Shown piece after piece: positions 40,141 to 52,652 of a stretch of 64,000 nt of DNA; the stretch's first letter is position 1; the number at the start of each line of letters is the position of its first letter. A model generated the notes under the pieces. The model was not told the DNA's origin and did no database searches. It was given only the letters and a program-made list of their open reading frames with translations. The stretch covers positions 352,001 through 416,000 of the forward strand of contig CAWGMQ010000004.1 of the NCBI GenBank assembly GCA_963823665.1. Direction: 5' to 3'. Origin of the DNA: an uncultured Planctomycetota bacterium (GTDB lineage Bacteria > Planctomycetota > Planctomycetia > Isosphaerales > Isosphaeraceae). The position numbers and the translations under genes were made by a program.

Positions 40141-42443
40141 TCAGGGCAGCGTCGAGTAGATCACGATATTGCCGGCGATCTTCACGGCGCTGTCATAGAC
40201 GTAGCCCTTGCACTCGATGCCCGTGTGGCGCTCGAGTGCGCAGCCGATATCGTACTTGGAATAGATGATGGCCCAGTGGCCGCTCATCCGCACGCCCTCG
40301 AGCTGCGGAAAGTCAACTCCGCCCCCGGCTGCCTTGGTGTATTGCACCTTCGAAAGGTCGGCGCCGACCTTGATTGTGTAGAGCTCGTCGTCGCGCGGGA
40401 TCGGAACCAGGCGATTCTTGGGAAGAAGCTGGGCCACGAACCGGCGGAAGGAGGCGTCAAAGGCGACGCTGCCGCACGCCGCATCGGCGAAGATTGTTCC
40501 TGCTCCCGGGTCGAGGTGGCTGCGCAGTGCCTCGAGATCTTCCTCGGGAAAAGAAAGCGATGCACGGCCGTGAATGTAGATGAGCGGATAATACGTCAGG
40601 CTGGGGTCGCGCGGCAGAAGGTCTTTCTGCTCGACCACGACGTTCAAGCTATAGGGCGGCCTGCGCAGGTTGTCCATCAGGTTGGGAATCGCCTGGCGCG
40701 GCGATATTCCAGTCGCCGGCATGCATGAGCTTGGCAATCCGAAGGGCGCCTCGCTTGGGGGGCTCGACCTTGCGGTTGTGTATTTCGCGGAGCGTGAGCT
40801 TGTCGGCAGGCATCTCGCGCCCGGTTGCGTAGTCGATCACGTTCTCGGCGACCTTGAGTGCTCCGATGACACCGATGTTCTGCGGGCTGCGCTCGCACTG
40901 GTTCCAGTAGCAGGAAAGGTCGTTCGGTGAGTAGATGACAACCGTCCGGCAGCCGTGCTCGATCCCCCAGAGCGGAAACGCTCCGGGGCTCAGGATGTAT
41001 TTGCCGCGCCAGATGGGATGGTCTTCCGATAGCGGGCGCAGCTTGTACGACTCTTCCGGAAAGACTTGCTGCATGAGTTGTTTGAACCCGGTGTCGAATT
41101 CACGGCTGCCGCAGCACGCGTCGGCGAAGATGAAGCCCCCCTGTTCGACGAATTCCCTGAGGTTCTGCCGTGCCAGCGCGGTGAATTCGGGCGGCTTGTG
41201 GCCGTTGAAGAAGACGATCGGCGCCTGGAGCAGCTCCGGAACGCTGGCGATGTTGGGGTCGACGACCTGCCATGTGAGCAAGCTCTTCCAGTTATGCGAA
41301 ACGACGTTGACGATGTTCCTGACGTCGTCCGTGTCGTTTTCCCAGTCGCCGCGCGGTCCGTGGCGCAGCTTGTTGATCAGGACTGGTGCGCGGCCTTTGG
41401 CGAGGAACAAGAGCGCAAAGCTGCTCGCGAGCACAGGGTCGGTCTCCACGAGCTGGCCGTGCCAGGAGCCGTTGCGCGGGTCCTGCTCGTGCACAAGCTC
41501 CTCGGCACCCAGGCGATACCAGTCGTGTTGACCAAAGAAGCGAATGCCGGCCAGCCGGCCGGCGCGCTCGAGACCATACAGGTAGTAGAATTGCCACTGG
41601 TGTCCGGCGCCGAAGTTCTGTCCGACCTGAAAATGGCTGGCGAGCCAGTCGATGCCGCGCTGGAGGCTTCGATTCATGCCTCCCGACCCGCATTCCTGAA
41701 TTGACTCGCCTTGCAGGAACTCGCCTCCCTGGAATCGCCTGAGCCCGGATATGATCAGGCTGGAGATACCGGCACACGTCATGCTCGCCGTGGGATTAGG
41801 GGAGTCGAGAGTGTAAGCCCAGCTCCCGTCGTGTTTCTGGGCTGCGCTCCCAGTAGCTGCGCGACAGCTCCCACACGGTCGGCTTCACGGGGATACCGAC
41901 TTCACTGGCAGCATGGAGCCCCAGCAGGGCGTACTGGGTGTTGGAATTATCGCCGGGCCGGCCGCGCTTCGACTCGGAGTAGCTCCACGACCCCGGATAG
42001 GACTGGGGATCGCCGGGCTTGATCTGAGCCTCCTCGAGCCAGGCCACATTGGCTCGGATCCGCAACTCGTCCTTGGCCGGATCGGCGGTGGCGAAAACCA
42101 TCGTCTGAAGCGAAATCGCATACGTGCTGTGCAAGTCATTGGGCCCGAACCCGCGCAAGTATTCGAGGGCATCCTTGATGTTTTTCGAGTCGGGGCGCTC
42201 GCCGGCGGTGAGCAGCGCCAGGGTGACCATGCTCGTGACCCCCGTCCTGGCGTCGTTCTCCACATCGGCCCAGGAGCCATCGTCACGCTGCTGGAGCTTC
42301 AAGAAACGCACGCCGTCGCGAATCGCGCGCTCGACTTCTTCGCGCGTGACGGCTGCGCGGGAAGTTGCAGCGCAGCCGAGCAGGGCGATGAACAGGATCA
42401 TAGTGACCCAGAACCAGCGATGGAAACGCGAGATCGGGTGCAC
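40141..42443 (-). CDS. Secreted prenyltransferase/squalene-cyclase-like barrel plus two DUF4159 domains (frameshifts near 41840-41790 and 40700)
   Basis: GGAGG SD with GTG start; signal peptide; QQRDDGSW, GDNSNTQYALLGL, SMTCAG, YYLYGLERAGRL, DW..., GGFIFADACCG...FD, GTIFADAACG. Confidence 0.8.
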
Positions 42444-42581
42444 GTGATCGCCTCCCACGGCCCAATCGAAGAGGCCGGCCGGCAAGATGGGAATTCCCTC
42501 ATTCAGCATGCCATAGGTCGTCACCGGGGGGCAAGATGAATGGGGGGTGCCGCGGCCGAAGACGGTCTGCACGAGCAGGCC

Positions 42582-45500
42582 CTACGGGTCCTTGAAGAGC
42601 GCCAGAGCCTCGCGGAGAACGCTCATGGAGCGGAGCCAATCGCTATTTCCCTTGGCCGTACCTTCGCGTTTCCAGTTCTCGCGCTCGGCATCGATCCGTG
42701 CCCGCGCCTGCTCGAGCGTCCGTCGCGCCTCGTCTTTCCTTCCTGTTTGCTGGTAGGCCATTGATAAGAAAAGCTGCGTCAAAGTGTAATGCTGTGGTTG
42801 CGCAAGGAACGGGTATCTCAGGCAGCGTTCTAGACGCTCGATAGCCTCTGCAGACCGGCCAGCGCGGAAATCGGCAATCCCTTTGGCCAGCTGGAAGAAC
42901 GGATTGAACGGATGTTTGTCCGTCCCCGTGACGACACGATCGGCTAGCTTTTGAACCGTGCTCTGGTCGCGGGCAAGAACGGGCACCAGGACACACGTCT
43001 TGAGGACCCGCTCCGCGACAATCGGATCGTCGGTCTGGCCGAAGCGGTCGAGCAGCTCACGGCAGATTCGTCGATAAGCATCCTGGTCGCCGACGAAAAG
43101 AACCAGAGCCGAGCTGTCGTACCACTGATAATGGTCGTGGGGCTCGAGAACCAAACCCTGCCGAAAGGCGATTGCGGCTTCTTGCCACTTGCCTCGATCA
43201 CGATCGAATCTGGCCTTTTCGAACCAGAATAGTGGTGTCTCGCGGCCGGCATCGACCGCTTTGCCATAATCTGCGGCCGCTTCGTTCAAACGATTTCGTC
43301 TGAAAGAGGCTCGTGCCCGCTCCAGATAGAGAATAGCGAGCCTGGGCCGGGCTTCGATCATGTGATCGAGATACCAGCATGCGGCTTGCCATTGTTCCTC
43401 GCCGGCGTGACGGGCGGCGAAAGCGCGGTACCAGCAGAGGACGGGCTCGCCCGGCCCCAGGGAGATAGCCCGCGTGAAGGCGGCGGCGGCGGTTTCGAGA
43501 TTGCCAAGCCTCACACTTGCTTCGGTTCGCAACACGTGACAGAGCCAGTCGTCCGGCCGTGCGCCCAGAGCACGGTCAATGTGCCAGAGCGCGGCCTGCC
43601 AGTTCGCGGCATCGATACAGGCGAGAGCTTCTTGAGTATGCCAGGCGGCACTGTCTCCGGGCGTCGGATCGAAAGCCTCGGCCGAGCCGGCGAGCTGTGA
43701 ATCATCGCTGCCAGGCGTCGCAAGGCGGTGGAGGTGCGCCAGGCCGTCCGCCGGGTCGAGTGCATTGATTTCACCCTCGGGGCCGAGGGTCTCTCCACAG
43801 GCGGCTTCCATCGCAGACTTGATCTGGTCGACGGCGCCCTCGAGGGGTCCTGGCACGCGCCAGAAACGAACCATGCGGTCGGCCCCTCCGGTCAGTAGGG
43901 TTGCCCCGTCCGGGCTGAAAGCGAGCGTGTAGACCGCCCCTCGATGTTGGAGCGGCGGACCGATCGGCAAGCCGGTGGGCACATGCCACAATCGGGCGGT
44001 TTCGTCGCTTCCGGCGGTTGCCGCAATGGCGCCGTCGGGACTGAAAGCGACCGCGTTCACACCTCCTCGGTGGGCAAGAGGCATTCGGAGGGGTTTGCCG
44101 GTTGCGGCATCCCAGAGACGGGCCATCCGGTCTTCGCCGGCGGACAAGACGAACTTGAGGTCGGAGGTGATCGCGACGGAGCGCACCGATCCTTGATGCC
44201 TCATGGTCTGACCGATCGGTTTGGCGGTTTGAGCATCCCACAGCCGGACTTCACTGCCGGAACCGCCGGTGCTCGATGTGGTCACGATTGTGTTGCCGTC
44301 GGGGCTATACGCCACAGCTTCGACGACTCCTGCCAGCTCAATCGGTGGAAAGAGCGTCTTTCCGGTCGTCGCATCGACCTGCTGCGCACAACCGGGTGTG
44401 TTGCGTGAGTACTGTCTGCCGGCCAGGAGAATGCGCTCACCGCTCGGGTGCGCCGCCACGCAGGACGGGCGGAGCGGTGATGTGAAGGGCTCGCCCTTCG
44501 GTTTGCCGGTGGCCGCGTCCCAGAGGCGAAAGACGGGGAGGGCCCCTAGAGTGGAATCGACCGTCATGGCGATCGTCGTGCCACCGGAGTCGAGCGCAGT
44601 TACGTCGGCATCACCTCGGTTCCAGAGTGTCGGCCCGATCGGTTCCTCGCCCGAGGCTTCCCACAGGCGGATCTCGCTGCTCGACTCGCCGCGGCTTTCC
44701 ACCAGGAAGCTCTTTCCATCGCGGTAGTATTGCAATCGGCGGACTTCGCCTGGCTGGGCCAGAGGAGGGCGAGTTTGCCGGCCCGCGGGCACCGACCACA
44801 ACCGAGCGGCTTGATCCGGACCCGGGACCAGGAAACTGCGACCGTCGGCACTGAACCGCCCGCTCGCGAACAGGGTCGACGACTGCACGAAAGCCTCTCC
44901 GCGAGATTCACCCGTTTCAACGTCCCACAGTCGCGTGTGGCCGCCGCCCGCGGTAGCCAGCGTTCGGCCGTCTGGGTGATATGCGACGGCATAAACCCCT
45001 TCCTGATGGTCGAGCGTCTTACCGACCGATTTGCCGGTGGCGGCGTCCCAGATCCGGGCGGTGGATCCTTCACCCGTCGCGAAGGTCTTGCCGTCAGGAT
45101 GGAATGCGACGGTGTAAACCGCTCGTGCGTGTGCAAAGCGGCGATCCGCGCCTGTGCCGATGTCCCAGAGATGAACGAATCCGGCGAGCCCGACGCCTGA
45201 GGCCAGAAGGCGCTTGCCATCGGGACTGAAATCCAGGGCGTAGACCGCGCCCGTTGGCCGAAATTCAGCCACTTGCTGCCCGTTGGTCGTGTTGTAAAGT
45301 CGAACGGCTTCCGAGGAGGTGGCCGTCGCGATGAGCTTGCCGTCTGGGCTGAAGCACGCGGCGTAGACCGTCCCTTGCTGGGGCAAAGCAACCGATTCGA
45401 GCGCTTTGCCTGTGGCGGCATCCCAGAGGCGAACCGAGCTCGCGCCTGCAGTCAAGATGGTCTTCGAGTCCGGGCTGAAGGACAGCGCAAAGAGAAAGGC

Positions 45501-47501
45501 CGACCCTGCATGCTCGAAGGCCTGGCCGATCGGCTTTCCGGTCTTGAGCTCCCAGAGCCGCACAAGGGCACCGGTAGGCGAGCGGCCGGCGACTGCGACG
45601 GTATTGCCGTCGGGGCTCATGCTCACCGCAGTGACCGGCGTGGGGTGCGGGAATGTGGCCCGCACGACGGGAACCTCGCCCCGGAAGCTTGCCAGGCTGG
45701 TGCGGATTGCCTGCCGCAGGTCGTTCTGTTCGGGGGGCGCAGCTCCAGCCCGCGCACCAGCCACAGCAAGCCGCGCCTGAACTGAGCCTGGTCGATCAAG
45801 CTCTGGCCGCGCTCGGCCGCGGCCCACGCCGAGTTCCTCCGGAGCTCGATGAGCTTCGCATCCACGTCGCGCAGCGCGGCCTGCGTGCGCTGTTGCTCGA
45901 GACGAAGTTCTTTATTGGACCGCGACTCCTGGATGGCAAGCCTGTTCTGGGTAACAGCCAGCAGAGTGGCAACCACCGTCGCAGCGACGAGCGCCGCGGC
46001 TGCCAGGCCCGCTGTCCCGGCCAGGAACGGCTCGCGACGGCACCAGCGCCGCAACCGTTCCGCCCGGCTCACGCGCCGCGCCTCGATGGGCTCATCGTCG
46101 ATGAACCGCTGCAAATCTGCGGCGAGCTCTACCGCGGAGGGATACGCGCTCGCCGGATCTTTGTCGATCGCCTTGTGCACGATCGTCTCGATGTCCCCGG
46201 GAACTTGCCGGTTCAGCTTGCGCAGCCGGGGCGGCTCTTCGAGGGTCACTTGCTTGATCAGTTGATTCCGCTCTCGCTCATCGAACGCCGGCCGGAACGC
46301 CAGCATCTCGTAAAGAGTGAGCCCTAGCGAATAGATATCGCCACGAACGTCGGACTTGCCGTCAAATGCCTCCGGCGGCATGTACCGCAGGGTGCCGAGC
46401 ACGTCGCCGGTGTGCGTCAAGTTCTGCTGATCGTCGGCCTTGGCCAGACCGAAATCAGTGACCCAGACGGTTCCCTGAGTATCGAGCAGCAGGTTCGACG
46501 GTTTGATGTCGCGGTGATTGATCCCTTGCTTGTGCGCGTACTCAAGCGCGTGCGCCACCTGCACGCCGATCAAGCGCCACGCTTTGCCAGTAGTTCTGTT
46601 TCCGGTTCTTTGACTTGCTGCCGTCGCGGCTTCGTGCCGGCAGCACAACGGATGACGACGACGGGCTGAACGAACCAGACTGGGCAGGCGCGGTCGAGCG
46701 AGGGATTCTGGAAACCTCTTCGGATGCACCCGCGGGACCGGGCAGGCCCTCTGTTGCATCGTCGTGCCGGGGGAAGTCTCCTGTTCCCTCGAAGCCTCCG
46801 GTGAGCAGCGAACGCGCCACAGTCGCTGCCGAAAGTTCGCGACCGGCGACGGGCTGCCCTTGTTGCAGCGCTTCCGAAGGCTGAGAGTCCTGTTTCACGT
46901 TCCGAGAAACGCGCAGCTCGCCGTCGGAATGCCCGCCCGTCTTGGCCTGTGCGAGTTTTAGCTTCTTCAGCTCTTCGAGCACCTCATCCAAGCCCAACCC
47001 CTGGATGAATTGCATGACGTAATAGGGCATGCCGTCCTGCTCGCCGACGCCGAAGACAGGCACGATGTTTGTGTGATGGAGCTTGGCAGCGGACTTCGCT
47101 TCGCGCTCGAAGCGACGCTTGGCCTTGCCATCGATCAACATGCTGCTCGGAAGGACCTTGAGCGCAACGTGCCGGCCGAGCGAGACCTGCTCTGCCTCGT
47201 AGACGATGCCCATGCCCCCCTTGCCAACTTGGCGGATGATGCGGTAGTCACCGAGCTGTCGCAGCGCGGGAGCCACCGGCTCCGTTTGTTCCGCCAGATC
47301 TTCGTGGCGATCTTCCTTGACTTGCTCGATCTCGACCATCGCGGGCAACATCTCGAGAATCTCGGCGGCGAGCGCAGGGTAGCGGTCGATGTACTCTTTG
47401 AGCGCTGGCCGCTCGCCGGCGCGGTAGCGCGCGGCAAACTCGTCGGCGAGCCGATTGAGCAGCACGTAGTTGACAGAGCTATCGGCGGATTGATCAGACA
47501 C
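42582..47501 (-). CDS. Ser/Thr protein kinase with TM, WD40 propeller(s) and TPR tail (frameshifts near 46580 and 45750)
   Basis: GKGGMGIVYEAEQ, VALK, HRDIKPSN, DFGLAK, GTLRYMPPE; many FSPDG...RLWD repeats. Confidence 0.92.
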
Positions 47502-48132
47502 TGTCGATTCCTCCGGGCATGCTGGCCAGGACCGCCTTGAGCCTCTTGAGAGCGCGAACGTAGCGCTTGGCGGCGGCCGATTCTTGGATTTCCAGCGAGA
47601 GTGCGGTTTCGGCGAGTGTCATCTCCTCGAAATGCCGCAGGGATAAGACTTCGCGGTCGATCGGGTCCAGGGAATTAAGTGCTTCCTGAAGCCGCATCAT
47701 TCGCTCGGCACGGATGGCAGCCTGGGTGGGCGAGGTGTGCTTGCCGAGGAGCTGGGCCGCCAGCGCCGCCGAAGACGCAGCCGGGAGCGCTCCCCGATAA
47801 ATCGAGACCTCGAGCGCGGCATCGCGCATCTGCGTTCCCAGGTGGTGGCGATGGACTTTCAAGAGTCGCTCCCCGACGATCAGACGTAACCAGAGGAAGA
47901 GCGGGTAAGCCGGCTGCCGCAGATATTCATCCAGACGGCCCACCACGTCGACGTAAGCCTCCTGGATCACGTCGGAAGCGTCGACGCGCGATTGGAGACG
48001 GCGGTCCATGCGCAGCTCGACCATCCTGCGCAGCCTGGCGCGATGCAAGGCGAAAATCTCGTTCACGGCCACCTGATCGCCGGCACGGACGAGCTCCAGC
48101 AGGCGGGAAGTTTCAGCGGAATTGTTCTCCAT
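47494..48132 (-). CDS. ECF sigma-70 factor (Planctomycete kinase-associated type)
   Basis: RLRRMVELRMDRRLQSRVDASDVIQE, WLR, TSPTQAAIR.E, DREVLSLRHFEE; overlaps the kinase start. Confidence 0.92.
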   Translation of the reverse strand: MENNSAETSRLLELVRAGDQVAVNEIFALHRARLRRMVELRMDRRLQSRVDASDVIQEAYVDVVGRLDEYLRQPAYPLFLWLRLIVGERLLKVHRHHLGTQMRDAALEVSIYRGALPAASSAALAAQLLGKHTSPTQAAIRAERMMRLQEALNSLDPIDREVLSLRHFEEMTLAETALSLEIQESAAAKRYVRALKRLKAVLASMPGGIDSV

Positions 48133-48256
48133 CACGGCCCCTCGCTGGGAGATTAACTCCGGACAGAGCAGATTTCTGGACAGCTCGCACAGAAATTCTC
48201 GCCGAAATCTTGCACGGCGTGCTAGATTGCCGGGAACTTGATCGAGGGGACTTTCG

Positions 48257-48527
48257 ATGCCAGACACCTTGCAATCGGAGCGCAAGACACCGTTTCCCCC
48301 AACGCGCTGGAGCCTGGTCGTGCGGGCCGGCAGCGTGCCAGGGGCGGCGGCTCGCGACGCGCTCGAGACACTTTGCCGGGCTTAGTGGTTCCCGATCTAC
48401 GCATTCATCCGCCGCCAGCGGCCGGACGCCGAGGAAGCGCGAGAACCTTGCTCAGGCGTACTTCGCGCGGCTGCTCGAGAAACACGTGCTGGCAGCCGCG
48501 GATCCCGCGAAAGGACGGTTCCGATCC
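48257..48527 (+). pseudogene. 5' fragment of an ECF sigma factor gene
   Basis: MPDT...FPPTRWSLVVRAG...ALETLCRA*WFPIYAFIRR...LAQAYFARLLEK..LAAADPAKGRFRS; TAG at 48383, a frameshift near 48445, then truncation. Confidence 0.8.
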
Positions 48528-49129
48528 AGTGGCTCGCGATCGGATCGAAGTGGCCGAACTGGCCTTATCCCACGGACCAGATGATCCAGAAGACCGAGCT
48601 GCTCCTCGCCAAGGAAGAGCGCTTTGCGGCCGTGGTGAGCGAGAGCGCCAAGCCAAACGACGCCAAGGAAACTCTGGAATTTGCCGCACGCTGCTATCAT
48701 TCCAAGCAGTACGCCATCGCCGTCAGGTTGTTCGCCGCCGCGATCGGGGCTGACCCCGCGATCGCGACGAATATGGATTGCGCCCACCGTTACAATGCAG
48801 CTTGCTCCGCGGTGCTGGCGGCTGGGGCAAAGACGGCCGAGCCAACGGCGTCGGACGCTGCCAGCAAGAGCCAGCGGCGCGAGCAGGCCCTGGAGTGGCT
48901 TTCCGCAGATCTGGCGCACCGGGAAAAGGAAGCCTGCTCAGCCACCTCAGAGGGGAAGGCGAAAGCGCGGAGCGCGCTCGAGCACTGGAAAGCCGATCCA
49001 GACCTGGCAGGTGTACGAGGCCACGCCGCGCTCGAGGCATTGGCGGCGGAAGAGCGTGGGGAATCGCTGCGCCTATGGGAAAAGGTCGCTTCTGTTATCG
49101 ACGGGATCGATAGCATTTCCCAGGGGTGA
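48528..49129 (+). pseudogene. 3' remnant of a TPR-kinase gene
   Basis: GSKWPNWPYPTDQ, RYNAACSAVLAAG, RREQALEWLSADL, LEHWKADPDLAGVR, LW..V; no kinase domain upstream. Confidence 0.7.
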
Positions 49130-49134
49130 AAGTT

Positions 49135-52100
49135 TCAGCGGCCCGGTGCGAACGGCTCGACCGGCATCGCCAGGTCCAAGAGCAGCAGCCGGAAGTCATC
49201 CCGGTCTCGGAGCGGCTCCAGGTCGGGGTCGATGCGAAGCTTGGCCAGGTCGTGAAAGCCCGCGGCGACGGCCTGGCGCAGGGCGGCCATGGCCCGTTGG
49301 GCGGTGGCCGCGGTGTAGACGGCGGAGAGACCGGACCTCGAGTCGGCGGCGGCCGCTGCCAGCAGGGTGTAATCGCGAGCTAGCTCGTAGCGGGCTTCGA
49401 AGTCAGGCTCGGCGATCGCCTCCCATAGCGTGGCCGCCCTTTTAAGGGGCTCGACCGCGGCGGCCCGGCGGCCGGCGCGGTGCTCAGCGCGCCCCAGTCC
49501 GGTCAGGGCGGAGGCCAGTTCCCGTCGGTAGGCGGTTATGGTGGGGTGGTCGTGGGCGAGCCGATCGTGAATCGCGAGGCTCTCCCGGAATCGAGCAATC
49601 GCCGTGTCGAAGCGACCCGCCTCTGTGTCGACGTCGCCGAGGTTCTTCAGGCTCACGCCAATTGCATTCCGCCACGCCGGATTTCCGGGCTCGGCCTCGG
49701 CCAGCTTCTGCCGGATCGCCAGGGCCTTCTGGTGCTCGGACTCCGCCTCTGCCGGCTTGCCCGTGTGCGGCAGAATGCAGCCGAGATTGCTATGGCAGTC
49801 GGCCAGGCTGTTGCGGAATTCCGTGACGGCGGGGTTGTCGTCGGCCAGCTTCTGCCGGATCGCCAGGGCCTCACGGTACTCGGCCTCCGCCTCCGCTGCC
49901 TTGCCCGTCGGAAACAGGAGGTAGCCGAGGGCTTCGTGGCTGTACGCCAGGGCGCTTCGGAATTGGGTGACGGCGGGGTTGTCATCGGCCAGCTTCTGCT
50001 CGATCGCCAGCGCCTCCCGGTGCTCGGCCGCCGCCTCCGACGGCTTGCCGGTCTGCGACAGGATGATGCCGAGGCAGACGTGGCTCATCGCCAGGTCGCT
50101 GCGAAATAGGGTGACGGCGGGGTTGTCGTAGGCCAGCTTCTGTCGGATCGCCAGGGCGCTGCGGTGCCCGGCCTCCGCCGCCCTAAGCTTGCCCGTCTGG
50201 GAGAGGAGGATGCCGAGATTGAAGTGGCTCTGCGCCAGCGCGCTGCGGAATTCCGTGACGGCTGGGTTGTCGTAGGCCAGCTTCTGCCGGATCGCAAGGG
50301 CCTTCCGGAACTCGGCCTCGGCCTCCGCTGGCTTGCCTGTTTGCCACAGGAGGGCGCCAAGCCGGTTTATCGTGGCGGTGAGGTCGCGCCGGGCCTCGTT
50401 GGCGGCGCCCGGGAGTGCGGCCAGCGATTCCTGGTCGACATGCGCCAGACGGTACACGGCCAGCGCATCTTCCGCGCGGCCGATCGTCGAGAGGAACCAG
50501 CCTAGATGCGAACGACAGTCCGCCAGCGCAGACAGGGTTTCCGGCGCCGAGGGCGCCAGTGCGGCCAGCAGGCGCTCGGCCTCCTTGGTAGGCCGCCAGC
50601 GCCTCGTCAGTCTTCCCGGTCGCCTCCAGCAAGTATGCGACGCTCGTGAGGCTGCGGCCCACGTCGGCGCGGGTCTCGGCCTCGGCCCCCGGCTTCGACG
50701 CAAGCTCCCGACGCCGCGATAGCACCTGCCGGTGGGTCGAGAGCGCATCCTCCTTACGACCAATGTTCGCGGTCAACTCGGCCAGCTCGAAGGTCGCTTG
50801 ATTGAGCGCGCGTCGCGAAGCCAGGTCCGTCTCCCGGCCCAGCAGGGCGCCCAGCCGGCCGTAGAAGCCGGCCGCCGATGTCAAGAGCCGCTGGCGCAGG
50901 TCCTTGAACTTCTCCTCCTTGAGCAGGAAGTCTTCGCTGACGCCCGTGTGAAAGGTCTTGATCGCCTCGGTCGCCAGCGCGTACCGCTCTTCGACCCGCT
51001 GATTGGCCTCCGACAGCGCGGTGTTGGCCCGCGTCTCGTTCATCAAAGCCCGCGCGATCGCCCCCTTGGCCCTAGTCTGCACCGCGAGTACCACCGCCAG
51101 CCCGACCACCCCGGCTATCAGAGCCACCGCCGCGCCGGTGACCGCAGTCCGATTTCGCTTCGCCCAGCGGCGCGCCTGCCGTGAAAACGGCTCGCGGTAA
51201 GCGTCCACCGGCTCGTCCGCCATCCACCGCTCCACTTGATCGGCCAGCGCCCGGGCGGTAGCGTAACGATCCTCCGGCTTCGTCGCCATCGCCTTCAAGC
51301 AGATCGCCTGGAGCGCCGGGTCGATCGACGGTTCGAGCTGCCGAGGCCGCGGAAACTCGCCCCGCTGAACTCGGCGGAGAATCTCGCCGACGTCGTCACC
51401 CGCCAAGGGCCGCCGCCCCACCAGTAGGCAGTACAACGTCGCGCCCAAGCTGTAGACGTCCGATCGCGGCCCCAGCCGGTCCAGGTCGCCGCCCGCCTGC
51501 TCGGGGCTCATGTACGCGGGCGTCCCCAGAGCGCTGCCCGGCAGCGTCTCGGCGCTGCCGCTGGCAGAGGAGGGCGTGAAGGTCCGCTCGCCGATGTTGC
51601 TGCCCGGCTCGATCCGTCCCAGCGGCTTGGCCAGCCCCCAGTCGACCACCAGGGTCTCGCCGTGCTTGCCCACGATGATATTCCCCGGCTTGATGTCGCG
51701 GTGGAGCACGCCCCGCGAGTGGGCATAGTGGACGGCGTTGCAAACGTCGAGGAATCGGCGAAGCAGTTTGCGGAGCTCCAACGACCGCCGCCCGATGTCC
51801 GTCTTCTTCGACGCGACGCTGTGGAACTGCTCGATCGCCTCCTTGAGACTATCTCCTTTGATGAACCGCATCGCGTAATAGGGCCGGCCATCGTGGTAGC
51901 TGCCCAGTCCGTAGACCGGCACTATGCCCGGGTGTTCGAGCCCCCCGGTGATCTCGGCCTCGATCAAGAACCGCTGGCGGCTATCCGGGTCGTCGGCATG
52001 GTGGCCCAGAAGCTGTTTCAGCGCCACCTCGCGGTGCAGCTCGGTGTCCAGCGCCACGAAGACGGCCCCCAGCCCACCCTGGGCGTGGGGCCGAAGCAGG

Positions 52101-52507
52101 CGAAACCGCTGGCCGTCGGAAGTAGCCGTCCCGACCGCGTAGCTGGTCGTGCGGTCGGCATCTTCGCCGGGCTGGGTCGAGGTCGAGCCAGCATGCCCGA
52201 TCGAAGCCTCGATCGCCGCATCACCGAGTCGACCCAGGCTTTCCCGGGTCGATCGGCCCATGCTGATGGCCGCCAGGCTTTTCTCCGGATCGCCGCCGTG
52301 CTTCGTGAGATGTCGCGCCGCCAGGGCTTCGACCGCGACGCGATCGGCGTCGTCCAGGTCACCGCGAGCCGCCAGATGGTCGGCCAGCGGCCGGGACTTG
52401 TCGCGAGCCCAGGCCTGAAAGGCGGCGACGAGCTGGGCCTGGTCGATGAGCCCGACTTGCAGCGCAATCATGCCAAAAAGGAGGTGGCTGTCCGCGGCGG
52501 CGGCCAT
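49135..52507 (-). CDS. Ser/Thr protein kinase with TM and TPR repeats (frameshift near 50588)
   Basis: [50 protein letters not shown] array; DPDLEPLRDRDDFRLLL tail. Confidence 0.92.
49690..50350 (-). repeat. 144-bp (48-aa) intragenic TPR-like repeat, about five copies
   Basis: CCAGCTTCTG anchor recurs at 49701, 49845, 49989, 50133 and 50277. Confidence 0.88.
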
Positions 52508-52652
52508 GGCGTGGCTCCAATCTACAAGAGTGGTTCGGCCTGAGCTGCCAAACTCGGGATCCGGCTCGAGCATCCCGTCATGTTTCCGGTACTATCGCAC
52601 GGTCGCCCATGAGTGGCGACGGCGAAGACTAACTGCGGCGAGGTGCATTTCC

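Noticed and set aside
49690..50350. Regularly spaced 144-bp repeats as a CRISPR array
   Set aside because: The whole unit is similar and in frame within a kinase TPR region; there are no unique spacers and no cas genes.
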